In this document: positions 20,034 through 29,504 of the stretch, piece after piece
Layout: each line of letters opens with the position of its first letter
Position numbering within the stretch: the first letter of the stretch is position 1
Assembly (NCBI GenBank): GCA_026016225.1
Contig: CP061210.1
Coordinates: 2,000 to 65,999 of the forward strand
Length of the DNA stretch: 64,000 nucleotides
Direction: 5' to 3'
DNA from: Candidatus Nealsonbacteria bacterium
GTDB lineage: Bacteria; Patescibacteriota; Minisyncoccia; Minisyncoccales; JANBVM01
Program-made: the position numbers and the translations under genes
The notes under the pieces: model-generated
The model's input: the letters and a program-made list of their open reading frames with translations, nothing else
Database searches by the model: none
Told to the model about the DNA's origin: nothing

Positions 20034-21197
20034 TTATTTATTAAATTTAGTTTGCTCTACGGCTTGTAAACCACATATAGAACAAAATTGTTGTCCTATT
20101 AATAGCTCTTCTCCACAGTATTGACAATAGCGACTTTGAGAACCACAAGAACAAGATTCCTCCAGTCCTCCACAGTATTGGCATTCACCTGTTTGCTGTT
20201 GGGAGGTTGATGAAGATGGTAGTGCCGACTGTTTTACAGTTTTGATTTTTTTAAGCTCATCAGCTCTCAGCTCATCAGTTCTCAGTTGGACTATATCCTC
20301 AAACGCCACAGCAAAGGGAATTTCTTCAGGAATTTCTTCTTTCTTAGCTTTTTTCTTAGCTTTCTTAACTTTCGTCTTGAATCTTAGCTTAACCTTCCTT
20401 AGTTTGGTTACGACTACATATAGTACAATAAATAAGGAAATTCCACCTACTAATAGAATACTTATAAGAAATAAATTCGGCTGTTCTTGATTTTGATTTT
20501 CAGTTTGAAAAGTATAACCTTCTCTCATTAAATCTCGCACAGTAGGAGGCGCACCGGTAGACGCAGCAAGCCCCCTAGTGACAAACTTTCCCTTAAAAAT
20601 TTCTTCTGGCACTTCTGTTAGTTCTTGTTCATCTCCATTATTGATATTCACAATATAAGTATAACCGTGTGATAAAATATCGGGATTAAAATCGGAGTAT
20701 GAATAAACACTACGCCAAAAGATAATTTCTTCATTGGAAAACCATGTAAAAACAAGAGAAGAAGGATAATCCCTAATCATTTTGCTTAAACTATAAGCTC
20801 CAGTTCCGTTGGGATTCATTACACATATAGTGCATGGTTGGTCATTGCGTGTTGCTATAAATACTACTTTCTGTTCATCAGGAGACACTAATGGCGCTAC
20901 ATGATGTAAATAATCAATGTCTTCGAAATAACCTTCGGATGCATTAGTTATCTCTGTCCCGTCGGTTCCGCTCGCGTTCGCTATGAACAATCTGTATTTA
21001 ATTCCCCAATATCCAACATTTGTTTCATTACTAAATATAATTTTAGATCTGTCCGAAAGCCAATCGCCATCTTGGATAAAAGTGGGAAGTGTCTTTCTCG
21101 TCGGATTTTCAACATTAACAGCACTAACATTTATATCTATAATACTTATAAATAAAGATAATATTACAATTACTACAAATAGTTTTACGTTTTTCAT
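20034..21197 (-). CDS. Membrane protein: signal peptide, TolB-like repeats, TM, cytoplasmic zinc ribbons
   Basis: SPDEQKVVF and MNPNGTG TolB-like motifs; TM around residues 240-265; C-terminal CQYCG...CQYCGEELLIGQQFCSICG. Confidence 0.7.
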   Translation of the reverse strand: MKNVKLFVVIVILSLFISIIDINVSAVNVENPTRKTLPTFIQDGDWLSDRSKIIFSNETNVGYWGIKYRLFIANASGTDGTEITNASEGYFEDIDYLHHVAPLVSPDEQKVVFIATRNDQPCTICVMNPNGTGAYSLSKMIRDYPSSLVFTWFSNEEIIFWRSVYSYSDFNPDILSHGYTYIVNINNGDEQELTEVPEEIFKGKFVTRGLAASTGAPPTVRDLMREGYTFQTENQNQEQPNLFLISILLVGGISLFIVLYVVVTKLRKVKLRFKTKVKKAKKKAKKEEIPEEIPFAVAFEDIVQLRTDELRADELKKIKTVKQSALPSSSTSQQQTGECQYCGGLEESCSCGSQSRYCQYCGEELLIGQQFCSICGLQAVEQTKFNK

Positions 21198-21234
21198 TAC
21201 TTACACCTCTTCAATTGTAAAAGTTTCTTTTATA

Positions 21235-21263
21235 ATTAAATCAATAAAATCTTAATTTGTCAA
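21235..21263 (-). promoter_or_regulatory. Sigma70 promoter candidate
   Basis: TTGACA-N17-TTTAAT. Confidence 0.55.
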
Positions 21264-21379
21264 CAAACATTCTCAAAAAACTTCAAATTCTTAATTTCTG
21301 TTCCAAAGCTCCAAGAGAATAAAAAAAAGGTTAAATTTAAGATTTAACCTTACCCTAAAAAAGGGGATTTTTAGATTTT

Positions 21380-23932
21380 TTAATGTTTTTGTCTTCTTTT
21401 CAGAAAAATGATAATAGCTGCCACGCCTGCTGCTCCAATCAGAGAAATCAATAGAATTATTATGCCTATACCTACTTCACCTACTTCAACCGTAACCCAT
21501 ACTATGTCAGAAACCATGTTACCAAAGGCATCTGTAACTACAATTGTGTAGTTGTAAGAACCTACGGCTAATCCATCTACATTGATTGTTACGGCCATAC
21601 CTGATTCCCAGGTACCTGATTCAATTTCTGAACCATTTTTGTATATCTTGTAGGTACCAGGATTTAAGTCTGTAGCTATCCAGGAGATGTTATATCCTGT
21701 TGCTCCCTCTTCGTAAGTAACATCATCAGGACTGGTAAGGACAGGAGAAACTGTGTCTTCAACCGTAACCCATACTGTATCAGAAGCTGCGTTATCAAAG
21801 GCATCTGTAACTACAATTGTGTAGTTGTAAGAACCTACGGCTAATCCATCTACATTGATTGTTACGGCCATACCTGATTCCCAGGTACCTGATTCAATTT
21901 CTGAACCATTTTTGTATATCTTGTAGGTACCAGGATTTAAGTCTGTAGCTATCCAGGAGATGTTATATCCTGTTGCTCCCTCTTCGTAGATAACGTCTTG
22001 AGGGCTATCTAAGATTGGGTTCGTGACATCATCTTGGACACTGATTTCTTTAGAGTAAACAGACATATCTCCGTCAGCATCTGTTACCGTCAGTACCACC
22101 AGGTGTATTCCAACTGAATTATACTTATGGATAGGATTTTGAATAGTAGAATTTTCTGAACCGTCTCCAAAGTTCCACTGATAGGTTAAGGGAATGCTTC
22201 CGCCTGTGGTGCTATCTGTAAATTGCACAGTCTGACCCACTGTAATAACCGTACTATTAATATCAAATGATGCTACCGGAAAAAAAATGTAAATATTATC
22301 GTGTATGTTATTATTATCTCCTTGGTCCTCTATCCCAACAGTATTTTTTATCAAAAAATTGTTGGAAACCTCATTGTTATCGGAGTAATCAAGATAAATA
22401 CCATACCTATTTCTCGTACAAGTGTTCCCCGTAATAGTACCGTAGTAGGAATAGTAGAGATAGATACCATAATCATAGATACCATAATCATTGTTTATGC
22501 AGTTGTTCCTAGTTATGGTGTTGTTGTTGGAGTAGCAGAGATAGATGCCGCTATCATCATTGTCTGTACAGTTATTCTCTATTATAGTGTTGCTGTCGGA
22601 GTAGTGGCCGAGACAAATACCATATTCATTTCTCGTGCAGTTGTTTCCGGTTATAGTGTTGTAGTTGGACAAATGGATATGGATACCATCGTAATAATTA
22701 TCTGTACAGTTGTTCCCAATTATGGTGTTGTTGTGGGAGGAAGAGGAGAGATGGATACCATATTCATTTCTCGTACAGTTATTTCCGGTTATAGTGTTGC
22801 TATAGGAGGAGTAATTGTAGAGATAGATACCGTATCTATTTCCCGTGCAGTTGTTCCTAATTATGGTGTTGTGGTTGGAGGAGTCGAGATAGATACCATT
22901 GTAATCGTTGCCCGTGCAGTTATTCCCAATTATGGTGTTGCTGTTGGAGGAGGAGAGACGGATACCATTGTGATTATTATCTGTACAGTTGTTCCCGATT
23001 ATGGTGTTGTGGTTGGAAAAATAGAAGAGATAGATACCCCGTTCATTTCTCGTGCAGTTATTTCCGGTTATGGTGTTGCTGTTGGAGGAGGAGAGACGGA
23101 TACCGTGGTAATAATTGTCTGTACAGTTGTTCCCGGTTATGGTATTGCTGTCGGAGAAGTCGAGACGGATACCCCGTTTATTTCTCGTACAAGTGTTCCC
23201 AGTTATAGTATTGTTGGAGCAGAAGTCGAAATAGATACCATTGTAATCATTGCCCGTGCAGTTGTTTCCAGTAATAGTGTTGTAGTTGGAGAAGTCGAGC
23301 CAGATGCCACCTTCATTTCTCGTGCAGTTGTTCCCGGTTATGTTATTGTTGTCGGAGTCGTAGAAACAGATACCATACCCATTTCTCGTGCAGTTGTTCC
23401 CGGTTATGGTATTGTTGTTTGAGGAGAGGAAATAGATACCCCAGTGATAATTGTCTGTGCAGTTATTCCCGGTTATGGTGTTGCTATTGGAGTAGTAGAG
23501 CCAGATACCATCGTAATAATTATCTGTGCAGTCATTATTGATTATCTTTCCATTTGTCACATAGCTCAGTTGAATTCCCGTTCCACTAGAGTTATAAACT
23601 GTACAGTTTTCAATTAGGAAATATTCTTCTGTGTTTTCAATGAAAATGCAGCTATCTGATTGGTTTGCGTCTATAATTAAATTTTTAATTACATATGGGT
23701 CCTCGTAGGTGCCCGAGCCTGTACACCAGTCATAAGTAGCGGCTGTCTCTGTCCAGTTGTCGTCTACGTGAACCTTAAAGTCAGTATCAATAGCAGCAGC
23801 AATAATTTCCACCTTCAAATTTCCTCTCTGAGATTCTCCGTTTTGTCCCAGGAAAAGAACGTTTGTTAGACCAAATAAGAAAAGAAGAGTAAAGATTCCA
23901 ATCGTCTTTGTTATTGTTTTCAATCTTATCAA
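21380..23932 (-). CDS. Surface protein: NosD/PbH1 right-handed beta-helix, PKD, two Ig-like repeats, C-terminal TM anchor
   Basis: About 20 GI-x-L-x-x-S-x-x-NTITGNNCT repeats, YQWNFGDG PKD motif, duplicated 91-aa domain, hydrophobic tail ending KRRQKH; TTG start. Confidence 0.88.
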   Translation of the reverse strand: MIRLKTITKTIGIFTLLFLFGLTNVLFLGQNGESQRGNLKVEIIAAAIDTDFKVHVDDNWTETAATYDWCTGSGTYEDPYVIKNLIIDANQSDSCIFIENTEEYFLIENCTVYNSSGTGIQLSYVTNGKIINNDCTDNYYDGIWLYYSNSNTITGNNCTDNYHWGIYFLSSNNNTITGNNCTRNGYGICFYDSDNNNITGNNCTRNEGGIWLDFSNYNTITGNNCTGNDYNGIYFDFCSNNTITGNTCTRNKRGIRLDFSDSNTITGNNCTDNYYHGIRLSSSNSNTITGNNCTRNERGIYLFYFSNHNTIIGNNCTDNNHNGIRLSSSNSNTIIGNNCTGNDYNGIYLDSSNHNTIIRNNCTGNRYGIYLYNYSSYSNTITGNNCTRNEYGIHLSSSSHNNTIIGNNCTDNYYDGIHIHLSNYNTITGNNCTRNEYGICLGHYSDSNTIIENNCTDNDDSGIYLCYSNNNTITRNNCINNDYGIYDYGIYLYYSYYGTITGNTCTRNRYGIYLDYSDNNEVSNNFLIKNTVGIEDQGDNNNIHDNIYIFFPVASFDINSTVITVGQTVQFTDSTTGGSIPLTYQWNFGDGSENSTIQNPIHKYNSVGIHLVVLTVTDADGDMSVYSKEISVQDDVTNPILDSPQDVIYEEGATGYNISWIATDLNPGTYKIYKNGSEIESGTWESGMAVTINVDGLAVGSYNYTIVVTDAFDNAASDTVWVTVEDTVSPVLTSPDDVTYEEGATGYNISWIATDLNPGTYKIYKNGSEIESGTWESGMAVTINVDGLAVGSYNYTIVVTDAFGNMVSDIVWVTVEVGEVGIGIIILLISLIGAAGVAAIIIFLKRRQKH
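21485..21988. repeat. Intragenic tandem duplication, period 273 bp
   Basis: 21523-21715 and 21796-21988 read as identical. Confidence 0.9.
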
Positions 23933-23981
23933 CTCTTATTTATTTTTAAAAGAGATATTTTATTTTAAAATATCTACTTAC

Positions 23982-24010
23982 CTGATACCACAACAAGAGA
24001 GCCTTGTCAA
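23982..24010 (-). promoter_or_regulatory. Sigma70 promoter candidate for the beta-helix gene
   Basis: TTGACA-N17-TATCAG with an extended TG. Confidence 0.5.
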
Positions 24011-24109
24011 ATTTATGGGACTGTCCCTCTCCTGATTTCAAAAAAAATAAGCCAACTCTGAATTACCAAATATGGCAATTTGAGTCGGCTTTAGATAGAT
24101 AAAAAATTA

Positions 24110-24439
24110 TTAATAGATATACTCTTCGGCGAAAACAACGATTATTTCTATGGGCAACTCCCTTATGCGGCTAGTGAGAATACTTGTTTCGGTTTCATTG
24201 AAGGAAAATTCTTTTTTTTCTCCCTTCGTTCTTTTCACTACTCTGTAAAACTTCAGTACAATCTTCTTATAAAAAAAAGTTAAGTCTTTAGTTAAGTCCT
24301 TATTAGTTAAGTCTTTAGTTAAGTCCTTATTAGTTAAGTCCTTAAGTATTTCTTCAATCTCTTTTGATATTTCTATCAGTTTCTTATCGTCCGGATTCTG
24401 AGGTATAAGATACTTTACCCGAAAAAAATCTTCTTCCAA
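24110..24439 (-). CDS. Hypothetical protein with KDLT(N) tandem repeats
   Basis: 109-aa ORF; strong AGGAGGTGAT upstream; start codon uncertain. Confidence 0.5.
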   Translation of the reverse strand: MEEDFFRVKYLIPQNPDDKKLIEISKEIEEILKDLTNKDLTKDLTNKDLTKDLTFFYKKIVLKFYRVVKRTKGEKKEFSFNETETSILTSRIRELPIEIIVVFAEEYIY

Positions 24440-24520
24440 GTTTGAAATGTTCTATCACCTCCTAATCTATTCTCTCCAATTTTTGAAATTTGTCAAGCCA
24501 AATGAGACAAAGAGACTTGC

Positions 24521-24567
24521 TCTTAATTACGAAGTAATTACAATGAGCGAAGCGACTGGTTTGCTAA
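24521..24567 (-). repeat. 47-bp REP-like element
   Basis: Reverse complement is TTAGCAAACCAGTCGCTTCGCTCATTGTAATTACTTCGTAATTAAGA. Confidence 0.85.
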
Positions 24568-24600
24568 GTTAATTATTTTCTGGTATTATTCTTAAATAAT

Positions 24601-24981
24601 ATGAAACGGCTATTCTGGCATATTGCTGCTGGAATCCTGGCAATATTCCTGGCAACAAAATTTATTTCCGGGGTGAGTTTAGAAGTTATTTCCGATAGAA
24701 GTATTTACTTTGGAATAGAATTTAACCAGGGATGGAAATTATTGCTTTTGGTAGGAGGCATCTTAGGGCTCATTAATTTTTTTATTAAACCAATTTTAGA
24801 TAAAATTACCTTACCATTAAAGATTTTAACCCTGGGTTTGTTTTCCTTAATACTTAACATGGCATTTATTTGGCTTTTGGATATTCTCTTTGAAGAATTT
24901 GAGATTTTAGGTATTACTCCTTTGTTTCTTACAACGGTAATTGTCTGGATAGTAAACTTTTTTTTGGGACTTAAAAGATGA
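24601..24981 (+). CDS. YvlD-like four-TM membrane protein (phage holin 4_2 family)
   Basis: LGLINFFIKPIL...LPLKILTLGLFSLILN. Confidence 0.85.
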   Translation: MKRLFWHIAAGILAIFLATKFISGVSLEVISDRSIYFGIEFNQGWKLLLLVGGILGLINFFIKPILDKITLPLKILTLGLFSLILNMAFIWLLDILFEEFEILGITPLFLTTVIVWIVNFFLGLKR

Positions 24982-25193
24982 AAGAATATTTATTCATCGC
25001 ACAAATCGTAGTAAGTATAATCTTGGCTATATTAATTCTCTTACAACAAAGAGGAAGTTCTTTGGGTTCTGCTTTTGGAGGAATGGGTGAATTTTATGCC
25101 GCAAGACGTGGTATGGAGAAAAAGATATTTTGGGCAACGGTTGTATTCGGAGCCCTTTTTATAGCTTTAGCCCTACTCAACCTTCTCATCTAA
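24978..25193 (+). CDS. secG: Preprotein translocase subunit SecG
   Basis: ILLQQRGSSLGSAFGG, two TM segments. Confidence 0.92.
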   Translation: MKEYLFIAQIVVSIILAILILLQQRGSSLGSAFGGMGEFYAARRGMEKKIFWATVVFGALFIALALLNLLI

Positions 25194-25199
25194 TTTCTT

Positions 25200-27197
25200 A
25201 TGTATTATCGGTGGCCTTCAAAAAAACAATGGCGACAATTTTTAAAAGTTCTAAGTAAAAAAGAAAGGTTTTCTTTTTTTATCCTCCTTATCTTATTTGT
25301 CGGTTCTCTTTCTTTCCTTTTAATTGATTTTTACCTTGAAAGAACAAAAATAATACCCGCTGAAAGCGGAGTATATATTGAAGGAGTAATAGGTTCTCCA
25401 AGATTTATCAATCCCCTTTATGCTGCAGCTTCAGATGTTGACAGAGATTTAACAGAGCTTATTTTTTCCGGTTTAATGAAATATGACTCTGAGGGCAACA
25501 TACAGACAGATTTGGCAAAAGAGTATAAGATTCTTGAAAATGGAAGGATTTATGAATTTAATCTTAAAGAAAATGTAGTCTGGCAGGACTCGGAACCTCT
25601 AACGGCAGATGATATAATCTTTACTATTGAAGCAATCCAAAATTCAGAAGTTAAAAGCCCGTTAAGAGCTATGTGGCTGGGGGTAACAGTGGAGAAGATA
25701 TCTGCTCTTAGTTTGCGTTTTGAATTAAAAAATAAATCCTCTGTTTTTTTAGAAAATTGCACTTTAAAAATAATGCCAAAACATATTTGGGAAAAAATTC
25801 TTCCTAAAAACTTTCTACTATCTCAAGCCAACCTTACGCCTATAGGTACAGGACCATATAGATTAGAAAGTTTATCAAAAGACATTGGTGGAAGAATAAT
25901 TTCTCTGGATTTAGTTAAAAACCCTTTCTACTTTTCCAAACTTCCCTATCTTTCTAAAATCTCTTTTCGATTTTTTGAATCAAAGGAAAGCGAAGAAGCA
26001 GAAAGACAATTAATAGCCTCTTATCAAAAAGGGGAAATTGATGGTTTTTCTCTAAATTCACTTAAAAGTCTTCCAGAGAAGGGTAATGTTTATAATTTTA
26101 CTATTCCAAGATATTTCACTGTCTTTTTTAATCCAGAAGAATCTAAAGCTCTCTCAGATAAAAAAGTAAGATTAGCCTTAAATCATGGAACAAATAAAGA
26201 AGAGATTCTAAACAATGTGCTTTCCGGCCAAGGAAAGATTGTTCACTCTCCAATTATACCTGATGTTTATGGTTTAAAGGAGCCATCTAATATTTATGAA
26301 TATGACATAGAAAAAGCAAACGATATATTAGAAAAAGCTGGATATCTAAAAAAAGAAAATGGTCTTAGAGAAAAGATTATAAAGAAAAGCCCAGCTTTCA
26401 CTTTCAAAAGTAATCTTTCTGTAGGCTCAAGAGGAACAGAAGTAACGGAGCTACAAAAATGTTTAGCTAATCCGCCAGCTGGCGGAGCTGACATTTATCC
26501 TGAGGGAAAGATTACCGGATATTTTGGGTCAAAAACAAAAGCTGCCGTAATTAGGTTTCAGGAAAAATATAGTAAAGATATTTTAGAACCTTTTGGTTTA
26601 ACAAAAGGAACAGGTGAAGTTAAAGGAAAAACAAGAGAAAAGCTAAACGCGGTTTGCTTTGAAAGAGGTGAAGAAATAATCCCTTTAAGATTTAAGCTCT
26701 TTACGGTTGATGAACCCCTTCTTAAAGAAACAGCTAAAGTTCTTAAAAATCAATGGAGTCAGTTAGGGGTTGAGGTTGAAATTGAGACATTTAATATTAC
26801 TACGGTAGAAGGAGATACAATTATCAGAAAAAGAGAATATGAAATTCTTTTGTTCGGTGAGGCATTGGGTTCAATTCCAGACCCTTTTCCCTTCTGGCAC
26901 TCTTCTCAAATAGGAGAACTCGGCTTGAATCTTGCTAATTACAAGAATAAGGACTCTGACAAATTATTAGAAGATAATCGAGAATCCTTAGATGAGATTG
27001 AAAGAAAAGAAAAATTAGAAGAATTTCAAGATATTCTTATTGAAGATTGTGCGGTAATATTTCTATACAATCCTGACTATCGTTATTTTGTTTCAGAAAA
27101 AATCAAGGGAATAAACGCAAAAATAATTATTGACCCCTCAAAAAGATTTGCTGAAGTAGGAGAGTGGTATGTTAAAACAAAAAGAGTATGGGAATAG
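25200..27197 (+). CDS. Family 5 ABC solute-binding protein with an inserted peptidoglycan-binding domain
   Basis: LIFSGL, PLTADDIIFT, PIGTGPY; insert LSVGSRGTEVTELQKCL...TGYFGSKTKAAVIRFQ. Confidence 0.88.
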   Translation: MYYRWPSKKQWRQFLKVLSKKERFSFFILLILFVGSLSFLLIDFYLERTKIIPAESGVYIEGVIGSPRFINPLYAAASDVDRDLTELIFSGLMKYDSEGNIQTDLAKEYKILENGRIYEFNLKENVVWQDSEPLTADDIIFTIEAIQNSEVKSPLRAMWLGVTVEKISALSLRFELKNKSSVFLENCTLKIMPKHIWEKILPKNFLLSQANLTPIGTGPYRLESLSKDIGGRIISLDLVKNPFYFSKLPYLSKISFRFFESKESEEAERQLIASYQKGEIDGFSLNSLKSLPEKGNVYNFTIPRYFTVFFNPEESKALSDKKVRLALNHGTNKEEILNNVLSGQGKIVHSPIIPDVYGLKEPSNIYEYDIEKANDILEKAGYLKKENGLREKIIKKSPAFTFKSNLSVGSRGTEVTELQKCLANPPAGGADIYPEGKITGYFGSKTKAAVIRFQEKYSKDILEPFGLTKGTGEVKGKTREKLNAVCFERGEEIIPLRFKLFTVDEPLLKETAKVLKNQWSQLGVEVEIETFNITTVEGDTIIRKREYEILLFGEALGSIPDPFPFWHSSQIGELGLNLANYKNKDSDKLLEDNRESLDEIERKEKLEEFQDILIEDCAVIFLYNPDYRYFVSEKIKGINAKIIIDPSKRFAEVGEWYVKTKRVWE

Positions 27198-27215
27198 CCA
27201 TATAAAACTTAAAAT

Positions 27216-27818
27216 ATGAAGTGTGGAAGAAAAAAAAAGAAAATAAAGGATGTAAAACCGGATGTTCGACGTTTATACGACATGAAAAAAGTTATCTATG
27301 ACAAAGAGTGGTTAAAAACAGCCCCTAATTTTAAGCTTTATTATATGTATCGAGGAGTAAAAGAAAAAGATGGTCTTAAACACAATATCACAATAATACC
27401 CCCGAGAATGCTGGGGAAAGAATTTGTAAAAACCAAAGGGCACTATCATATAGGAAAATACGGAGAACTATATATTGTTCTCAAAGGAAAAGCTATTTAT
27501 TTATTGCAGAAAGAAAAAAATGGAAAGATTGAAAACGTTTATTATGTAAAAGCTAAAAAAGGAGACTACATTATAGTTCCCCCTGATTACGGGCATATAA
27601 CAATTAATCCTTCTTTAGAAGAACTGAAAATGGCAGATTGGTCTTCAAAAAAGTGTAAATCTGATTATAAGCCAATTGAGAGAAAAAAAGGGGGATGTTA
27701 TTATTATACAAAGTCAGGTTGGGTTAAAAATAAAAATTATAAAAAGGTTCCCAAATTGAAATTCAAAAAACCAAAAAAAACATTTCCTAAAAATTTAAGT
27801 TTTCTCTGTGGGGTATGA
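27216..27818 (+). CDS. Cupin-type (archaeal-type) glucose-6-phosphate isomerase
   Basis: LYYMYR, EFVKTKGHYH, ELY and VPPDYGHITIN. Confidence 0.85.
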   Translation: MKCGRKKKKIKDVKPDVRRLYDMKKVIYDKEWLKTAPNFKLYYMYRGVKEKDGLKHNITIIPPRMLGKEFVKTKGHYHIGKYGELYIVLKGKAIYLLQKEKNGKIENVYYVKAKKGDYIIVPPDYGHITINPSLEELKMADWSSKKCKSDYKPIERKKGGCYYYTKSGWVKNKNYKKVPKLKFKKPKKTFPKNLSFLCGV

Positions 27819-28651
27819 CTATGAAAATTAGAAAAGCAGTAATCCCAATAGCGGGTTTGGGAACAAGATTTTTACCTCTATCAAAAATTATTCCAAAAGA
27901 ATTTTTCCCTTTAGGAACAAAACCCGTCGTTCAATATGTTGTTGAAGAAGCTTTAAAAGCAGGTGTTAGAGAAATTATTTTTGTTATCTCTCCTAAAAAA
28001 GAAGATATTTTCAAAAATTACATCCTGAAATATTTTAAACAAGAAAAAAACCTCTTGAAAATCCTAAGAAGGAGAAGAAAGAAAAAAGCAATAAAAGCTT
28101 TAGGAGAAATTCCAAAAATAAAATATAAATATATATTTCAGAAAAAACCATTAGGAGATGGCGATGCAATTTTAAGAACGGAAAGATTGGTTGGAAAGGA
28201 GCCCTTTCTGGTTCTTTTTGGAGACGATATTTCCTGGGGAGAAGAAGGAATGCCAAGTCAACTTGTAAAAACGTTTGAAAAAATCAAAAAACCACTTCTT
28301 TGTCTTTACAAAATGCCAAGAGAAAAATTATCTTCTTATGGAGTACCAAAAGTTCAAAAAATTAAAGGAAGATTATATAAAATCAAGGATTTAATTGAAA
28401 AACCCAAAGAAAATCCTCCTTCAAACTTTGCTTTAGTTGGAAATTATGTTCTAACGCCGGATATATTTTCTTATCTCAAAAAAACAACTCCCCAAAACGA
28501 AGAAATTATTTTAGCTAATGCCTTAAAACAAATGATTAAAGAAGGAAAAGAAATATTCGGACTTTGGGTTAAAGGAAAGTGGCTGGAATGTGGAGATAAA
28601 GAAAAATGGATAAAAAGCTTTATATTCCTAACAAAATCAAGTAAAAAATGA
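27815..28651 (+). CDS. galU: UTP--glucose-1-phosphate uridylyltransferase
   Basis: KAVIPIAGLGTRFLP, PKE, QKKPLGDGDAI and IEKP. Confidence 0.85.
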   Translation: MTMKIRKAVIPIAGLGTRFLPLSKIIPKEFFPLGTKPVVQYVVEEALKAGVREIIFVISPKKEDIFKNYILKYFKQEKNLLKILRRRRKKKAIKALGEIPKIKYKYIFQKKPLGDGDAILRTERLVGKEPFLVLFGDDISWGEEGMPSQLVKTFEKIKKPLLCLYKMPREKLSSYGVPKVQKIKGRLYKIKDLIEKPKENPPSNFALVGNYVLTPDIFSYLKKTTPQNEEIILANALKQMIKEGKEIFGLWVKGKWLECGDKEKWIKSFIFLTKSSKK

Positions 28652-29346
28652 AAGGTTTCATCCTGGCAGGCGGAGAAGGAACAAGGCTTTATCCTTTAAC
28701 CTTAGAGATACCAAAACCTTTATTGCCTGTAGGAAAAATACCGGTAATTACCTATCTGGTTGATTTGTATTTAAAATACGGAATTGATGATATAAAAATC
28801 AATGTTCAAAAAAAACATCTTGAAGATTTTTACAAATGGAAAGCTACTTATTTCCCGCGAGAGAAAATTGAATTTATAGTTGAATTAAAACCTTCTGGCA
28901 CCTTTACTCCAATTGCTAAAAAATTAAGCCCTAAGTGGTTCTCAAGAGCAATAGTTGTCTCAAATGGAGACGAATTAAAAGAACTAAACCTTAAAAAAAT
29001 GATAAGTTTTCACAAAAAAAAGAAAGCTTTGGTAACAATTGGTTTGGTTAAAGTAAAGAACCCTGAAGCTTATGGCTCTGTTAGAATGAAAGGAGAAAAA
29101 ATTATAGAATTTGGCGAAAAATCAAAAAAACCTCTCTCTTTTTACATTAATTCCGGTCTTTATATAATGAATCCTAAGATTAAAAAATATTTTCCAAAGA
29201 AAGCAAAATTTGCAATGTTAGAAACAGATCTTTTTCCGAGATTAGCTAAAGAAAAAAAACTCTTTGGATATAAATGGAAAGGGAAATGGATGGACGTGGG
29301 AACCTGGAAGAGATGGGAGGAGGCAATCCGGAATTGGAATTGCTAA
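28648..29346 (+). CDS. NDP-sugar pyrophosphorylase / nucleotidyltransferase family protein
   Basis: ILAGGEGTRLYPLT, PKPLLP, NGD and WMDVGT. Confidence 0.88.
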   Translation: MKGFILAGGEGTRLYPLTLEIPKPLLPVGKIPVITYLVDLYLKYGIDDIKINVQKKHLEDFYKWKATYFPREKIEFIVELKPSGTFTPIAKKLSPKWFSRAIVVSNGDELKELNLKKMISFHKKKKALVTIGLVKVKNPEAYGSVRMKGEKIIEFGEKSKKPLSFYINSGLYIMNPKIKKYFPKKAKFAMLETDLFPRLAKEKKLFGYKWKGKWMDVGTWKRWEEAIRNWNC

Positions 29347-29355
29347 TATAATTCT

Positions 29356-29439
29356 GCCCAGGTGGTGAAACTGGAAAACACGTTAGCTTCAGGTGCTAAT
29401 GCTCGCAAGAGCTTGGGAGTTCAAATCTCCCCCTGGGCA
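29356..29439 (+). tRNA. tRNA-Leu(CAG)
   Basis: GCCCAGG/CCTGGGC acceptor, A73, TTAGC-TTCAGGT-GCTAA, variable arm GCTC-GCAA-GAGC. Confidence 0.95.
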
Positions 29440-29504
29440 CAAACAAAACAAAACTTAAATCTTTTTTACTTAATAACTTTAATTTAAGCTTTATCTTTTA
29501 AATT

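Noticed and set aside
22301..23422. 373-aa plus-strand ORF
   Set aside because: Antisense shadow of the repetitive Asn/Thr-rich beta-helix gene; Val/Ile-rich translation with no independent signals.
24601..24981. Prophage suggested by the holin-family protein
   Set aside because: YvlD-like membrane protein in a core secG context; no phage structural, lysis or integrase genes.
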